Shown here in pieces: positions 35,282-45,529 of a DNA stretch of 64,000 nucleotides; the stretch's first letter is position 1, and every line of letters begins with the position of its first letter. Below the pieces are notes generated by a model. That model was not told the origin of the DNA. It did no database searches and saw only the letters and a list, made by a program, of their open reading frames with translations. Source of the stretch: an uncultured Chloroflexia bacterium (GTDB lineage Bacteria > Chloroflexota > Anaerolineae > CG2-30-64-16); contig CAWEMM010000006.1 of the NCBI GenBank assembly GCA_963810095.1, positions 352,001 through 416,000 on the forward strand, given 5' to 3'. A program made the position numbers and the translations under genes.

Positions 35282-35650
35282 CTACTCGACGAAGATTTCC
35301 ACCCGCTCCTGATCGTCCTCGTCGTCCAGGCTGAAGATGCGTCCCTGCGCTCCCTCGCGGATCGCCGACTGGATCACGTTGGCGTCCATCCCGTTGATCT
35401 CGGGGGCAAAGCGCGCGCCCATTTTCAGCGCCACGTCGACCAGCCCGACCGGGATGGTGACGTTGAGCTTCGCCCGTCCGCTCTGCCGGTCCGTCACCTT
35501 GACGCGCAGCCAGCGCGCCGTCCGGTCTTCCGCGCGGGGGGCTCCGCCTGCGGGCCGCAGCGCTTCGAGCAAACGCGCACCTTCCTCCGCGGTGATCTGC
35601 TTCTCCGCGATCATCTTTAGAATCCGCATTCGCTCTTCGGCGGTTGGCAT
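35282..35650 (-). CDS. SHOCT-like domain protein (DUF2089-associated)
   Basis: EERMRILKMIAEKQITAEEGARLLEAL..WLRVKV..VEIFVE. Confidence 0.8.
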   Translation of the reverse strand: MPTAEERMRILKMIAEKQITAEEGARLLEALRPAGGAPRAEDRTARWLRVKVTDRQSGRAKLNVTIPVGLVDVALKMGARFAPEINGMDANVIQSAIREGAQGRIFSLDDEDDQERVEIFVE

Positions 35651-35661
35651 CCGGAGTGCTC

Positions 35662-36672
35662 CTACAAGTTGATGTCGTGGGGCCGCACGGCCCGCCGCAT
35701 CGTGATCAGATCGCGCTGCACTTGGAATCCTGCTTCGACCAGTGCCGCAGTTCCGTCCCTGTGCTCGCCGTCGTGGGTGACGATGACGGGCGAGTAGCCG
35801 GCCCGGCCGAGGCACCTAAGCCCCTGGCTCACCAACGCTCGCTCGAGCTGCCCGCGGGCGGGAGGACGCACGGCAAAACGCAGGGTGAAGTAGTCGCTTG
35901 CGAGGCCGGCCCGCGTCTCGACGACACCCATCAACCTGCCGTTCTCCCAGGACGCCCAACGCTCCACCCGATACAGGCCGCTAACCCGGCCCAACCACTC
36001 GCCTGCCAGCTGGCCCAGGCCCAACTGGTAATCGCTCGCACGCACCGGTTCCGCCCATTGCGACAGCGCCGACCGGCTCGCGCGCGCCAGCTCCATCATC
36101 TCGCCGCCCGTCAGCGTGTGCAGTCGCTCCAGCCGCACGTCCGGCTCCCGGGGATGCAGGGGCGGCGCATGCAGGCGGTAAACCGCATCACGCGCCACGT
36201 CCTCGAAGCCAAGCGCCACATACAGGGCGTGCGCCGAGTCGTTGTCCGAGCGCACCTGGAGCACCGTCCAACTCCCCTGCCGCTGGGCCACTTCACGCAG
36301 CGAAGCAAGCATGAGAGCTCGGGCAATACCCTGCCGGCGGTGCGACGGCAGCACCGCGACGTTGCTGATGCGCCAGCGCGAGCCCGCCTGGTCGATGGCC
36401 TGGAGGGTGACGTTGCCCACCACCCGCCCGCCTTCAATCCAGACATGCCCCGAAATGAACTCGTTGAACAGGGCCATGCTCAGCGCATCGCCCAGCATGG
36501 GGCTAAGGCGGCCCACCAACTGCATCTCGCGCAGCGCGCCGCGGCCGCGGGCATCCAACTCGTCCGCAAATACCGTCGCGACCAGGTCGGCCACCTGGCG
36601 CATGTGGCGGCTGGGATCGAACGGCTGCGGCCCTTCGCGGGCCTCAGATCGGGTGACGATAAATGCGGCCAC
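35662..36672 (-). CDS. Tandem GNAT N-acetyltransferase
   Basis: ISNVAVLPSHRRQGIA, VRSDN..A..LY..LGF. Confidence 0.82.
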   Translation of the reverse strand: MAAFIVTRSEAREGPQPFDPSRHMRQVADLVATVFADELDARGRGALREMQLVGRLSPMLGDALSMALFNEFISGHVWIEGGRVVGNVTLQAIDQAGSRWRISNVAVLPSHRRQGIARALMLASLREVAQRQGSWTVLQVRSDNDSAHALYVALGFEDVARDAVYRLHAPPLHPREPDVRLERLHTLTGGEMMELARASRSALSQWAEPVRASDYQLGLGQLAGEWLGRVSGLYRVERWASWENGRLMGVVETRAGLASDYFTLRFAVRPPARGQLERALVSQGLRCLGRAGYSPVIVTHDGEHRDGTAALVEAGFQVQRDLITMRRAVRPHDINL

Positions 36673-36836
36673 GCCCCACCTTTGAGACCGGGTTTCTTCG
36701 AGTCGTTTCGGCCTTGCCTGGAAAACCCGGCTTCTCCTCCCACTTTGCCGCTTAGTGTAGAACGTCACCCGTCACAAGTCAAGCGTGCGGCCGTTGCCGA
36801 ATCTCGCGCCGGATTTCGCGCACCGCCAAGGATTCT

Positions 36837-36948
36837 GGAACGCGAAGACGCGAAGCTGGACGAAGATCACGAAGCGCAAAGGGCGCGAAGGGCGCGCCCT
36901 GCGGGCCTGGCCTTCGCGCCTTCACCGTGCTTCGTGGCTTCGTGTTCC
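36837..36948. repeat. CGCGAAG/CTTCGTG periodic palindromic repeat, copy 3 (expanded)
   Basis: Several CGCGAAG/CACGAAG units mirrored by CTTCGCG/CTTCGTG. Confidence 0.65.
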
Positions 36949-37046
36949 AAACCGAAACCCGCAAAGACCTTGAACTGCGTCCTGTGCACCGCTGTGCGGT
37001 ACAAGATTTCGCGCACGGGCGCGGGCCGGTTCACGATCCCCTCCGC

Positions 37047-38614
37047 TCACGCGCCCAGCGCGCGCAGCAGCGAGTCGGCCTCTTCGGCCGATATGCGCCC
37101 CTCTTCCAGCATCTTCAGGACGGCCAGCTGCTCGGGCGTGGTCGGCCCGGCGGCCTGGGGTGGGCCCTGCGTTGCGGTCGGCCGCGGCGGCTTGGGAGGA
37201 CGAGGCGGCTCGGGCGCCCGTCCGCGGCCCCAGCTTACGCGGCCCGGGCCGATGTTGATCTCGCCCGTTTCGGGGTTAATCCCGGCGGCTGCCAGCGACG
37301 CGGTGACCTGCTGGCGGATGCGCTCGCCCAACCCGCTCAGGTCCGAGAAGGGGTCGCCGCCCGGCCCCCAGCGCTTCTCGCCCGGTCCCCGCACGTCTTC
37401 CCGGCCGCCCGCGGCAGCTTCGATGCGCAAGTCGCCGTTCGCCGTAAGGACCACCCGCACCTTCCCTTCGCCCAGCGCGGCCGTATAAGTCGTGGTGCCA
37501 TCGGTGCTGGGCGTCAGGGGCAGGTTGGAGCGCACGCGGCCCAACGCCCGCACGGTTAGCCGCACGTCGTCCTCGGCCATGAGACGAATGTGTGCGTCTC
37601 CAGAGGTGCTGACCGCGTAACCGTCGGCCGCAAGAAAGGGCCCCTCGAGCTGACTGTCCCCGTGCACCTGAGCGACGTTCAGCGCGCCGCGCACGTTCGT
37701 GGCCCGGAAGTCGCCGGCCACCATCGCGAGCCCCGCAGCCCCCTCGATATCGTTCAGCCGCACATCGCCGTGCGCCACTTCGAACTTCAACCCCGCCGGA
37801 CAATCGCTCGAGCCACAGATCGCCGTGCACGCGCAGGCCCTGCACGTTTCCTGCGTCGGTGACGCGCATATCGCCACTGACCGACTCGACCTGCAGGTCG
37901 CCGCCACTGAAGCGGAAGTCCGCGTCGCAGTCCATCACGTGCATTTCGGCCACGTGTTCCGCCCGGACGTCGCCGTAGATATGCCCGATTTCGACCACGC
38001 CCGTCACGTCTTCGATGCGGAGGTCGCCCATGACGTTCCGAAGGCGCAGGTTGCCCCCGAGCCTGGGAATCTTCAGGTCGCCGAGCGCTTCACCTGCGGT
38101 CACCGACACGCCGGGCGGCACCTCGATCCGCGCTGCGAAACCATCCCGCACGTAGACCCTTTCGCCCTCGATCGCCAGCGATGGCATATCGGGGCCGTCG
38201 CGCTTGACATTCACGATGATTTCCTCGAGGCCCTCTGTCGTACGGATCTTGGCGTCTTCTGACAGGTCGTCGACGATTACCTCGGTAATTCCGGCTGCAC
38301 TGCAGCTTACTCTGTCGCTCATCTTCTTCTCCTGCCGGTGCTTCGCAGGCCGTTCCACCGGCCCCGGCCGCCACTCCTCATAACCCCCGAGGCTCAGCTC
38401 CTCGAACACCGGAGGGGTGACGGTGATTAGTTCGTGCTCCGCCGGCGCCTCGCTCCCACTTACCACAGCCGTCTGTTCGGGTAACGGTTCCGGGCCCGAC
38501 GCCGCTGATGGCTCGACGGCGGATTCGGGTTCTTCGACGGGTTCGCCAGCCGGCGAACTCGCGCTCGCCGAACCGCAGCCGGTCGATAATCTCGCGCAAT
38601 GGCCGCGGCGACAT
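37047..38614 (-). CDS. DUF4097-like beta-repeat protein with C-terminal SHOCT-like helix, frameshifted (start 38614 or 38322)
   Basis: Repeated xGDxR/L strands; C-terminal EQLAVLKMLEEGRISAEEADSLLRAL. Confidence 0.75.
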
Positions 38615-38615
38615 G

Positions 38616-39002
38616 TTACAACGCCTGCAGCTGACGGACCGCATCGGAAGGCGTCACCTTGCCGGCGGCCAGTTCGTCCAGGATGGCCTGGCGCTGCTCG
38701 ACCAGGCGCTGCTTTTCCTCGGCCGGCGGCATCTCTTTGACCTCGTAGCCCATCGCCCGGATCACCTCGTCCAGCCGCGAACGGACCGTCGGATAGGACA
38801 GCTTCAGCTCCTGGGCGACCCAGTTGAGCTTGCCTTCGCAGCGGACAAACAGCTCGACGAACGCGCGGTGCTCCGGGTTCAGCTGCTCGAGCCGCGAGGG
38901 TTGGAACCGCCCTTCGATACTGGTGTCGCAGTTCGGACAGCTCAGCCGCGTGACGGCGAGCTTGTCGCCGCACACCGGGCAGAGGCTTGGGGTGATATAC
39001 AT
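38616..39002 (-). CDS. DUF2089 family Zn-ribbon/HTH protein
   Basis: CPVCG..CPNC, LSYPTVRSRLD. Confidence 0.88.
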   Translation of the reverse strand: MYITPSLCPVCGDKLAVTRLSCPNCDTSIEGRFQPSRLEQLNPEHRAFVELFVRCEGKLNWVAQELKLSYPTVRSRLDEVIRAMGYEVKEMPPAEEKQRLVEQRQAILDELAAGKVTPSDAVRQLQAL

Positions 39003-39044
39003 AGTCGCGCACTCCCTCCTAACCGGACCATCGTTTCGCGAGCG

Positions 39045-39073
39045 AGTATACGACTGCTTTTACTTTTTGTCAA
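39045..39073 (-). promoter_or_regulatory. Sigma70-type promoter of the DUF2089 operon
   Basis: TTGACA-N17-TATACT on the minus strand. Confidence 0.75.
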
Positions 39074-39234
39074 GAGGAAGAAAGAAGATTGAAGTATTGA
39101 TAAAGATTATTGAATCCGCCGGACATGCGCCGGTAGAGGTCGTGCGCAGAGCTTCGGTCTTGGCATCGCGAACGGCCATGCTCTGATTGTGGACCGAATG
39201 CAACGATGTTCCCGGACCTTCATGTAACGAGAAA

Positions 39235-39281
39235 AGACCTTCGGGGTTGCCCGAGCTTCGCTCGGGCAACCCCGAAGGTCT
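39235..39281. repeat. 47-nt perfect palindrome, AGACCTTCG family
   Basis: 22-bp arms AGACCTTCGGGGTTGCCCGAGC with TTC loop. Confidence 0.75.
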
Positions 39282-39315
39282 CTATGACGCGTCGTCTCGC
39301 GTCCTCTTGGGCCAG

Positions 39316-39349
39316 AAAACCGGCAAGAGGGTGTCTCCCTTGCCGGTTT
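39316..39349 (-). terminator. Terminator after dnaK
   Basis: AAACCGGCAAG..CTTGCCGGTTT. Confidence 0.7.
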
Positions 39350-39369
39350 CATGATAATCTGCCCGGCCA

Positions 39370-41316
39370 CTACATCGTGCGGTATTCGCCGTCTACGACG
39401 TCTTCGCCAGTGGCGCCGCCGCCCGGCTGAGCACCGCCGTTACCGCCTGGCGCGCCTTGCGGCCCACCGTCGCCCCCCGGCTGGCCCGGGGCGCCCGGCT
39501 GCCCGCCCGCCGCCTGGTGCATCTTCGAGCCGACCTGCTCCCAGGTCGACATGAGCTTGTTCGTCGCGGCCTCGAGCTCCTCCGCACTCGCGCTGCGGTC
39601 GAGCGCGGCCTTCAGCTCGTCCATCGCGTCCTGCAGCGTGCGCTTGTCCGCGTCGGCGAGGTTCGCGCCGTTGTCCTGGACGAACTTCTGCACCTGGTAG
39701 TGCGCGTTGTCGGCCCGGTTGCGCGCCTCGATGTCGGCCTTGCGCTGGCGGTCTTCTTCGGCATGGCGCTCGGCGTCCTTCACCATCTGGTCGACCTGGT
39801 CTTTCGCCAGGCCGCTCGACGCGGTGATCTTGATGCTCTGCTCGCGGCCCGTCGCCTTGTCCTTGGCGCTCACGTGCAGGATGCCGTCCCGGTCGATGTC
39901 AAACGTGACCTCGATCTGCGGCATGCCGCGGGGCGCCGGCGGGATGCCGGTCAGGCGGAAGTTGCCCAGCAGCTTGTTGTCGCGCGCCATCGGCCGCTCG
40001 CCCTGCGTCACCACCACCTCGACCTCGGTCTGCATGTCGCCTGCGGTCGAGAAGACCTGCGTCTTCTTGGTTGGGATGGTCGTGTTGCGCTCGATCATGG
40101 GCGTCGCCACCCCGCCAAGGGTCTCGATGGACAGGCTCAGCGGGGTCACGTCGAGCAAAAGGATATCCTTCACCTGCCCGCCCAGCACGCCGGCCTGGAT
40201 GGCCGCACCGATGGCGACGACCTCGTCCGGGTTGACGCCCTTGTGCGGCTCGCGGCCGAAGAAGCGCTTGACAGCGTCTTGCACTGCCGGCATACGGCTC
40301 ATGCCGCCGACCAGCACCACCTCGCCGATGTCACCCGGCTTCAGCTTTGCGTCGCTCAACGCCTGCTGGCACGGCGCAATCGTCCGCTCGATCAGGTCGC
40401 CGACGAGCTGCTCGAGCTTCGACCGGGTGAGGTTCATCTGCAGGTGCTTTGGTCCGCTGGCGTCCGCGGTGACGAACGGCAGGTTGATCTCCGTCTGCAT
40501 GACCGTGGACAACTCGACCTTGGCCTTCTCCGACGCTTCCTTCAGCCGCTGCAGCGCCATGCGGTCGGAGCGCAGGTCGATGCCGCTCTCGCGCTTGAAC
40601 TCGTCGGCCACCCAGTTGATGATACGCTGGTCGAAGTCGTCGCCGCCCAGGAAGGTGTCGCCGTTGGTGCTCAGCACCTCGAATACGCCGTCGCCCACGT
40701 CCAGGATCGACACGTCGAACGTGCCGCCGCCCAGGTCGTACACGACGATCTTCTGGTCCACCTTCTTGTCGAGGCCGTACGCGAGCGCACTGGCCGTCGG
40801 CTCGTTGATGATACGCTGCACGTCGAGGCCGGCGATGCGGCCCGCATCCTTGGTGGCCTGGCGCTGGCTGTCGTTGAAGTACGCGGGGACCGTGATGACC
40901 GCCTGCGTGACGGGCTCGCCCAGGTACGCTTCCGCATCGGCCTTAAGCTTCTGCAAAATCATGGCCGAGATCTCGGGCGGGCTGTAGTCGCGGCCGCCCA
41001 TCGAAACCCAGGCGTCGCCGTTCGTGTGCTCGACAATCTTGTACGGCAGGATCTTGCGCGCCTTCGCGACTTCCGGGTCGTTGAATCGCCGGCCCATCAA
41101 CCGCTTAACGGAGAAGATCGTGTTGTCGGGGTTAGTGATCGACTGGCGCCGCGCCACCTGGCCGACGAGGCGCTCGCCGTTCTTCGGGTTGATTGCGACG
41201 ACGGACGGGAAGAGCCGCGAGCCTTCCGCGCTCGGGATCACGACGGGCTCTCCGCCTTCCATCACGGCCACCACCGAGTTCGTGGTGCCCAGGTCGATGC
41301 CGACGATTTTGCTCAT
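39370..41316 (-). CDS. dnaK: Chaperone DnaK
   Basis: [32 protein letters not shown]. Confidence 0.99.
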   Translation of the reverse strand: MSKIVGIDLGTTNSVVAVMEGGEPVVIPSAEGSRLFPSVVAINPKNGERLVGQVARRQSITNPDNTIFSVKRLMGRRFNDPEVAKARKILPYKIVEHTNGDAWVSMGGRDYSPPEISAMILQKLKADAEAYLGEPVTQAVITVPAYFNDSQRQATKDAGRIAGLDVQRIINEPTASALAYGLDKKVDQKIVVYDLGGGTFDVSILDVGDGVFEVLSTNGDTFLGGDDFDQRIINWVADEFKRESGIDLRSDRMALQRLKEASEKAKVELSTVMQTEINLPFVTADASGPKHLQMNLTRSKLEQLVGDLIERTIAPCQQALSDAKLKPGDIGEVVLVGGMSRMPAVQDAVKRFFGREPHKGVNPDEVVAIGAAIQAGVLGGQVKDILLLDVTPLSLSIETLGGVATPMIERNTTIPTKKTQVFSTAGDMQTEVEVVVTQGERPMARDNKLLGNFRLTGIPPAPRGMPQIEVTFDIDRDGILHVSAKDKATGREQSIKITASSGLAKDQVDQMVKDAERHAEEDRQRKADIEARNRADNAHYQVQKFVQDNGANLADADKRTLQDAMDELKAALDRSASAEELEAATNKLMSTWEQVGSKMHQAAGGQPGAPGQPGGDGGPQGAPGGNGGAQPGGGATGEDVVDGEYRTM

Positions 41317-41353
41317 AGCAAACTCCTAACGTGAGCTAACAAACGAATTATTC

Positions 41354-41410
41354 AACGCAAAGGCACAAGGGCACAGTGCCTGTTCTTTGTGTCGTGGTGT
41401 CTTTGTGTTA
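41354..41410. repeat. CACAAAG/CTTTGTG periodic palindromic repeat, copy 4
   Basis: CGCAAAGGCACAAGGGCACAG..CTTTGTGTCGTGGTGTCTTTGTG. Confidence 0.7.
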
Positions 41411-41423
41411 TTCAGCCCTTTGC

Positions 41424-41963
41424 TTAGCCTTTGGCGACGCGCACCATGCTGGGGCGCAAGACTTTGTCGTCCAGCTTATACCCGCGGGCCACTTCTGCGA
41501 TGATCTGGCCTTCCCCGTAACCCTCGGCGTCTTCGTGCGTGACCGCATAATGGAGCTTCGGGTCGAACTGCTCGCCTTCGGCGACGATTGGCGTGACGCC
41601 TTCGCTCTCGAGCAAGCCGTGCAGCTTGCGCTCGATCATGCGGAACCCGTTGACCCATTCGCTGTTCGCTTGGTCGGCAGGCACATTGGCAAACGCCCGG
41701 TCCACGTCGTCGACGACCGGAATCAGTTTTTCGAGGACCCGGGCGGCCGCGCTCCGGCGCATCTCGTCCTGCTCGCGCTGCATCCGTTTGCGCGCGTTGC
41801 TCAGATCGGCTACCGACCGGCGCCAGTTGTCCAGGTATTCTGCAGCCTGGGCTTCTGCCTGGGCCAGCTTGTCCTGGAGCTCTTCGGGGCCGCCCCCGCC
41901 GTTGACTGTGCCGGCGCTTGCGTCCGTCGGCTCCAATTCGTCGCCCATTTCGCTGTCGTTCAT
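41424..41963 (-). CDS. grpE: Nucleotide exchange factor GrpE
   Basis: FDPKLHYAV, GYKL..VLRPSMVRV; lies between hrcA and dnaK. Confidence 0.96.
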   Translation of the reverse strand: MNDSEMGDELEPTDASAGTVNGGGGPEELQDKLAQAEAQAAEYLDNWRRSVADLSNARKRMQREQDEMRRSAAARVLEKLIPVVDDVDRAFANVPADQANSEWVNGFRMIERKLHGLLESEGVTPIVAEGEQFDPKLHYAVTHEDAEGYGEGQIIAEVARGYKLDDKVLRPSMVRVAKG

Positions 41964-43096
41964 GCTCTCTCCTGTCCTCCCTCAGACGGCGCTGCGTCAG
42001 CCGCTGCCCCAGGCTGCCGACCAGACCGTTCGCCTACATCGTACCAGTCGCCCACCAGGTCGCTCATCAGGCTCGCTACGTACCGGACGGCGCCGATCGT
42101 GTGATCGTAGGTCATGCGCAGCGGGCCAACGACGCCCAAGAGGCCGCTTGCGCCGCCCTCCACGCCATAGCGCGAGAGCACGAGCGCCAGGTCCGTAAAC
42201 TCGTGCCAGCGTCCCTCGCCGCCGATAAGCACCTGCACGCCGCCGATCTGTGGTGGGGCCGCCGTGGACACGATGCTGTGGAGTGACGGCCCCTCGATGG
42301 CTTGCACGATGTCACGCGCCTGACCGCCCAGCGCAAACTCCGGCTCGTCCAGGATGTGCAGCAGCCCGTCCCGGTACAGCGCGTCTTCGCCCTGGCGGTC
42401 CACTGCCGACATGATTTGCCCCACCACTCGCAGGATCAGGCGGCCCATGTGCCGGCTGGATTCGGGCAACCGCCGAATCTCGTGCTCGATCTCGCCCGCG
42501 CGCTTGCCGCGGAACCGGTCGTTAATCTCGTTCGACAGCCGGCTGAGCTGCTCCTGCTCGACGACCTCGTCCAGGGTCAGCATTTGCTGCTTAACCGTGC
42601 CGCCCAGCAGCACCAGGACCATCAGGATCACGTTGTCGCGCAGGCTGATCAGCTCCAGATGCTTGAAGCGGCTCTCGTGAGATCGCGGGGGCGTCGCCAG
42701 TGCAGCCTTGCGCGTGGTGTGTGCCAGCACCGCCACGGCCAGCCGCACCCACTGGTCCAACTCGAGCCGCGCCTGGTGAAACTGGTGGCTGATCATGTGC
42801 TGCTCGGGCAGCGGCAGCTCGGTCTCGCCCAGCAGGTGCTCCACAAAGTAGCGGTAACCGGACTCGGTCGGGATACGCCCGGCGGAAGTGTGCGGATGCG
42901 TGAGGTAGCCCATCTCCTCGAGCGCGGCCATCTCGTTCCGGATGGTCGCCGGGCTGATCTCCAGTCCGTAGGACTGGACAAACGTCTTCGAGCCGACCGG
43001 CATCCCCCGTTCGACGTAGGAACGGATGATGAGGCCCAGCACGGCCTGGCGCCGTGGGGTCATGTCCGGGTTCGGTCTCGGGTCCACGTTTAGCAC
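41960..43096 (-). CDS. hrcA: Heat-inducible transcription repressor HrcA
   Basis: PVGSK, SPATIRNEM, HTSAGRIPT..GYRYFV, GVVGPLRM. Confidence 0.97.
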   Translation of the reverse strand: MLNVDPRPNPDMTPRRQAVLGLIIRSYVERGMPVGSKTFVQSYGLEISPATIRNEMAALEEMGYLTHPHTSAGRIPTESGYRYFVEHLLGETELPLPEQHMISHQFHQARLELDQWVRLAVAVLAHTTRKAALATPPRSHESRFKHLELISLRDNVILMVLVLLGGTVKQQMLTLDEVVEQEQLSRLSNEINDRFRGKRAGEIEHEIRRLPESSRHMGRLILRVVGQIMSAVDRQGEDALYRDGLLHILDEPEFALGGQARDIVQAIEGPSLHSIVSTAAPPQIGGVQVLIGGEGRWHEFTDLALVLSRYGVEGGASGLLGVVGPLRMTYDHTIGAVRYVASLMSDLVGDWYDVGERSGRQPGAAADAAPSEGGQERA

Positions 43097-43120
43097 TCGA
43101 AATCCACCTTTTGGCACTCA

Positions 43121-43147
43121 TTAGCACTCGTGTAGCGAGAGTGCTAA
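43121..43147. promoter_or_regulatory. CIRCE operator (perfect)
   Basis: TTAGCACTC-N9-GAGTGCTAA directly upstream of hrcA. Confidence 0.97.
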
Positions 43148-43307
43148 AGGCACGAGCAAAATGATAGCACGAAGGGGCGGGGGTGTCAAAATGCTGGCCA
43201 TTAATCCGTCGCGGTGCGAGGGTGACGAAACTGTTACGCGCATGGCGTAGCAACGGGTGTATGCTGACATTGTTCAGTTCTCTTGCGCGCGCCATAGGAG
43301 GTGTACA

Positions 43308-45526
43308 TTGAACGTTCACCGCCCGGCTGTTTTCCTCGTGATTTTCGCCCTCTGCCTGGTCGCGGCCGCGTCCACGGCACCGGCCCTCGCCTTGGCTCCA
43401 CCCGATCCCACCGCCCCACCCGGCTGGACCACCTCCTGCATCTACTGCCCGAAGCGGTTCGACGCGCCTGGCGAGCACTACGTCGCGATCGACGCGGCCG
43501 GCCACCCCCACCTCGCTTACGGCGGCGACGCGCTCTACTACGCGCTGCGCGATGAAGCGGGCTGGCACACGGAGACCGTCGACAGCACCGCCGGCACAGG
43601 TGTGCGGGCCAGCCTCGCGCTCGCTCCGGGCGGGACGGTGGGCATTGCCTACTACAGTCGGGCCAGCGGCGCCCTTATGTTCGCGCGGCGGGTGGGGCAG
43701 GCCTGGGAGACCGAAACCGTCGACCTGGCAGGTGACTTAACCCGCGCCCGTCTCTCTCGCCGCAGATTCGTCGGGTCGCTTTCACATCGCTTTCCTGGCC
43801 TGGCGCAGCGCGCCCGAAGCGACGTTCGCGATGATCAAGTATGCCTATCGCGATGCGCAAGGCTGGCACAGGTCCGACGTGACGGCCTCGCCGCCGAGTG
43901 TGGTCGACATGTCGCTGGCCGTCTCGCCCGGCGGCATGCCTCACATTGCCTATAGAGATGAAGACGGCGCCCTGAGGTACGTCTACCGGCAGAACGACAC
44001 ATGGCAGAGTCGCCCGCCCATCGCGCAGGAAATCTGGAATGGGGCGCTGGCCCTCGCTCTGGATACTGACGGGATGCCGCATATCCTCTACTCGCACTAT
44101 CCGACCAACGATCCCTACGATGCCAACAAGATGCTCGACTACGCGCACCCGGACGGTGACGGCTGGACGACAGAGACGGTCGACACAGGCCGGCCGTTCG
44201 AGTCGCTCTCGCTGCTGGTAGACGGCGCCGGCTTGCTCCACGCGGCCGCCACCAGCTTGGCCTATTCGTCAGCGCCTGGCGCGGAAAAGCCCTTCCCGGG
44301 CTATGCTTGGTACGCATGGCGCGACGCGGACGGCTGGCACCTCGATGCGGTAGAGCAAGCCGGCTACGCTGCCGACCTGGCCTTGAACCCACAGGGCGAG
44401 GTCCGCTTCGCCTTCTTCCTCGCCGGCACCACACTCAACGTGGCGCAGCCGGGGCCGCTGGGCGGGTGGCACGCGGAGACGGTCGACACGCAAGAAGCGC
44501 TGTCGGGCCCCATCGCGCTGGCCGTGGACCGGCAGGGCAAGCCTCAGGTCGCGTACCGGGGGGATGGCCTTTACCATGCCGTACCGGCGCCGGACGGTTG
44601 GCAGCGCGAGGCGGTCCTCGAGCTCGGCGGGGTGGCAGGACCTGGCGGTCGATTCGCTCGGCCAACCCCACCTGGCCGCCGTGGAGCAGTACCGGCCGCC
44701 CCCGTGGCAGCCGCAGCCCTGGAGCTACCGGCTCTGGTACGCGACCGAGCAGGCCGGCGAGTGGCAGCGGACCGTGATTGCGAACGAAGCCGGCCACCGG
44801 CCCGCCATCGCCGTCGATGGCCAAGACCGGGTCCATCTCGCGTACATCTATGCACACCCCGAGGCAATGGACAGCGAGCTGGTTTACCTCCTAGACAGCC
44901 AGTCGACCGTTCTCGCGAGGAGCTGGGGCTTCGCCAGCCTCTCTCTGGCGGTCGATTCGCAGGCGAACCCGCGCATCGTGCATATGGACGGAGACTCTCG
45001 CATCACCTATCAGTACTTTGATGGCACGGCGTGGTGGGCCGAGCCGGTCGGAGCGCCGCCGGAGGCGCCGCGGTTCGACCCGTCACTCGCACTGGACGCA
45101 GCCGGGCAGCCCGCGGTCGCTTATGTCGAGAACCTGCCTGGAATGTATACCCGGGTGCTGTTCGCCGTGCGCACGCCGGCCGGGTGGGCGGTCAAGACCG
45201 TCCTGCAGGAGGACTTCGGCGCGGACTACGTGCCCGGCAGGGGCGTAGGGGAAGAAATCTGCCTGGTCTTCGACACGTCAGGCAAGCCCCATCTCGTCTT
45301 CGTGCGCGACGGGCAGCTCCAGCACGGCTGGCGCGGCCCGGCGGGGTGGCAGTTCGAGAACGTCGACCCCTCGGCCGTCCCGGCCGGGTTTGATCTGGCG
45401 GCAGGAACGGATGGCCGGCTTCTCGTCGCCTATATCGACTCCTTGAGCAACGACGCCCGTCTCGCCGAACTCGCGCCTCGTCCTCCAGAGCGCAGCAGGC
45501 TCTTCCTCCCCGTGATCGTGAGGTGA
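43308..45526 (+). CDS. Secreted beta-propeller-like repeat protein with C-terminal LFLPVIVR, frameshifted
   Basis: Signal peptide; repeats LAxDxxGxPH..Y..GWxxExVD. Confidence 0.7.
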
Positions 45527-45529
45527 CGT

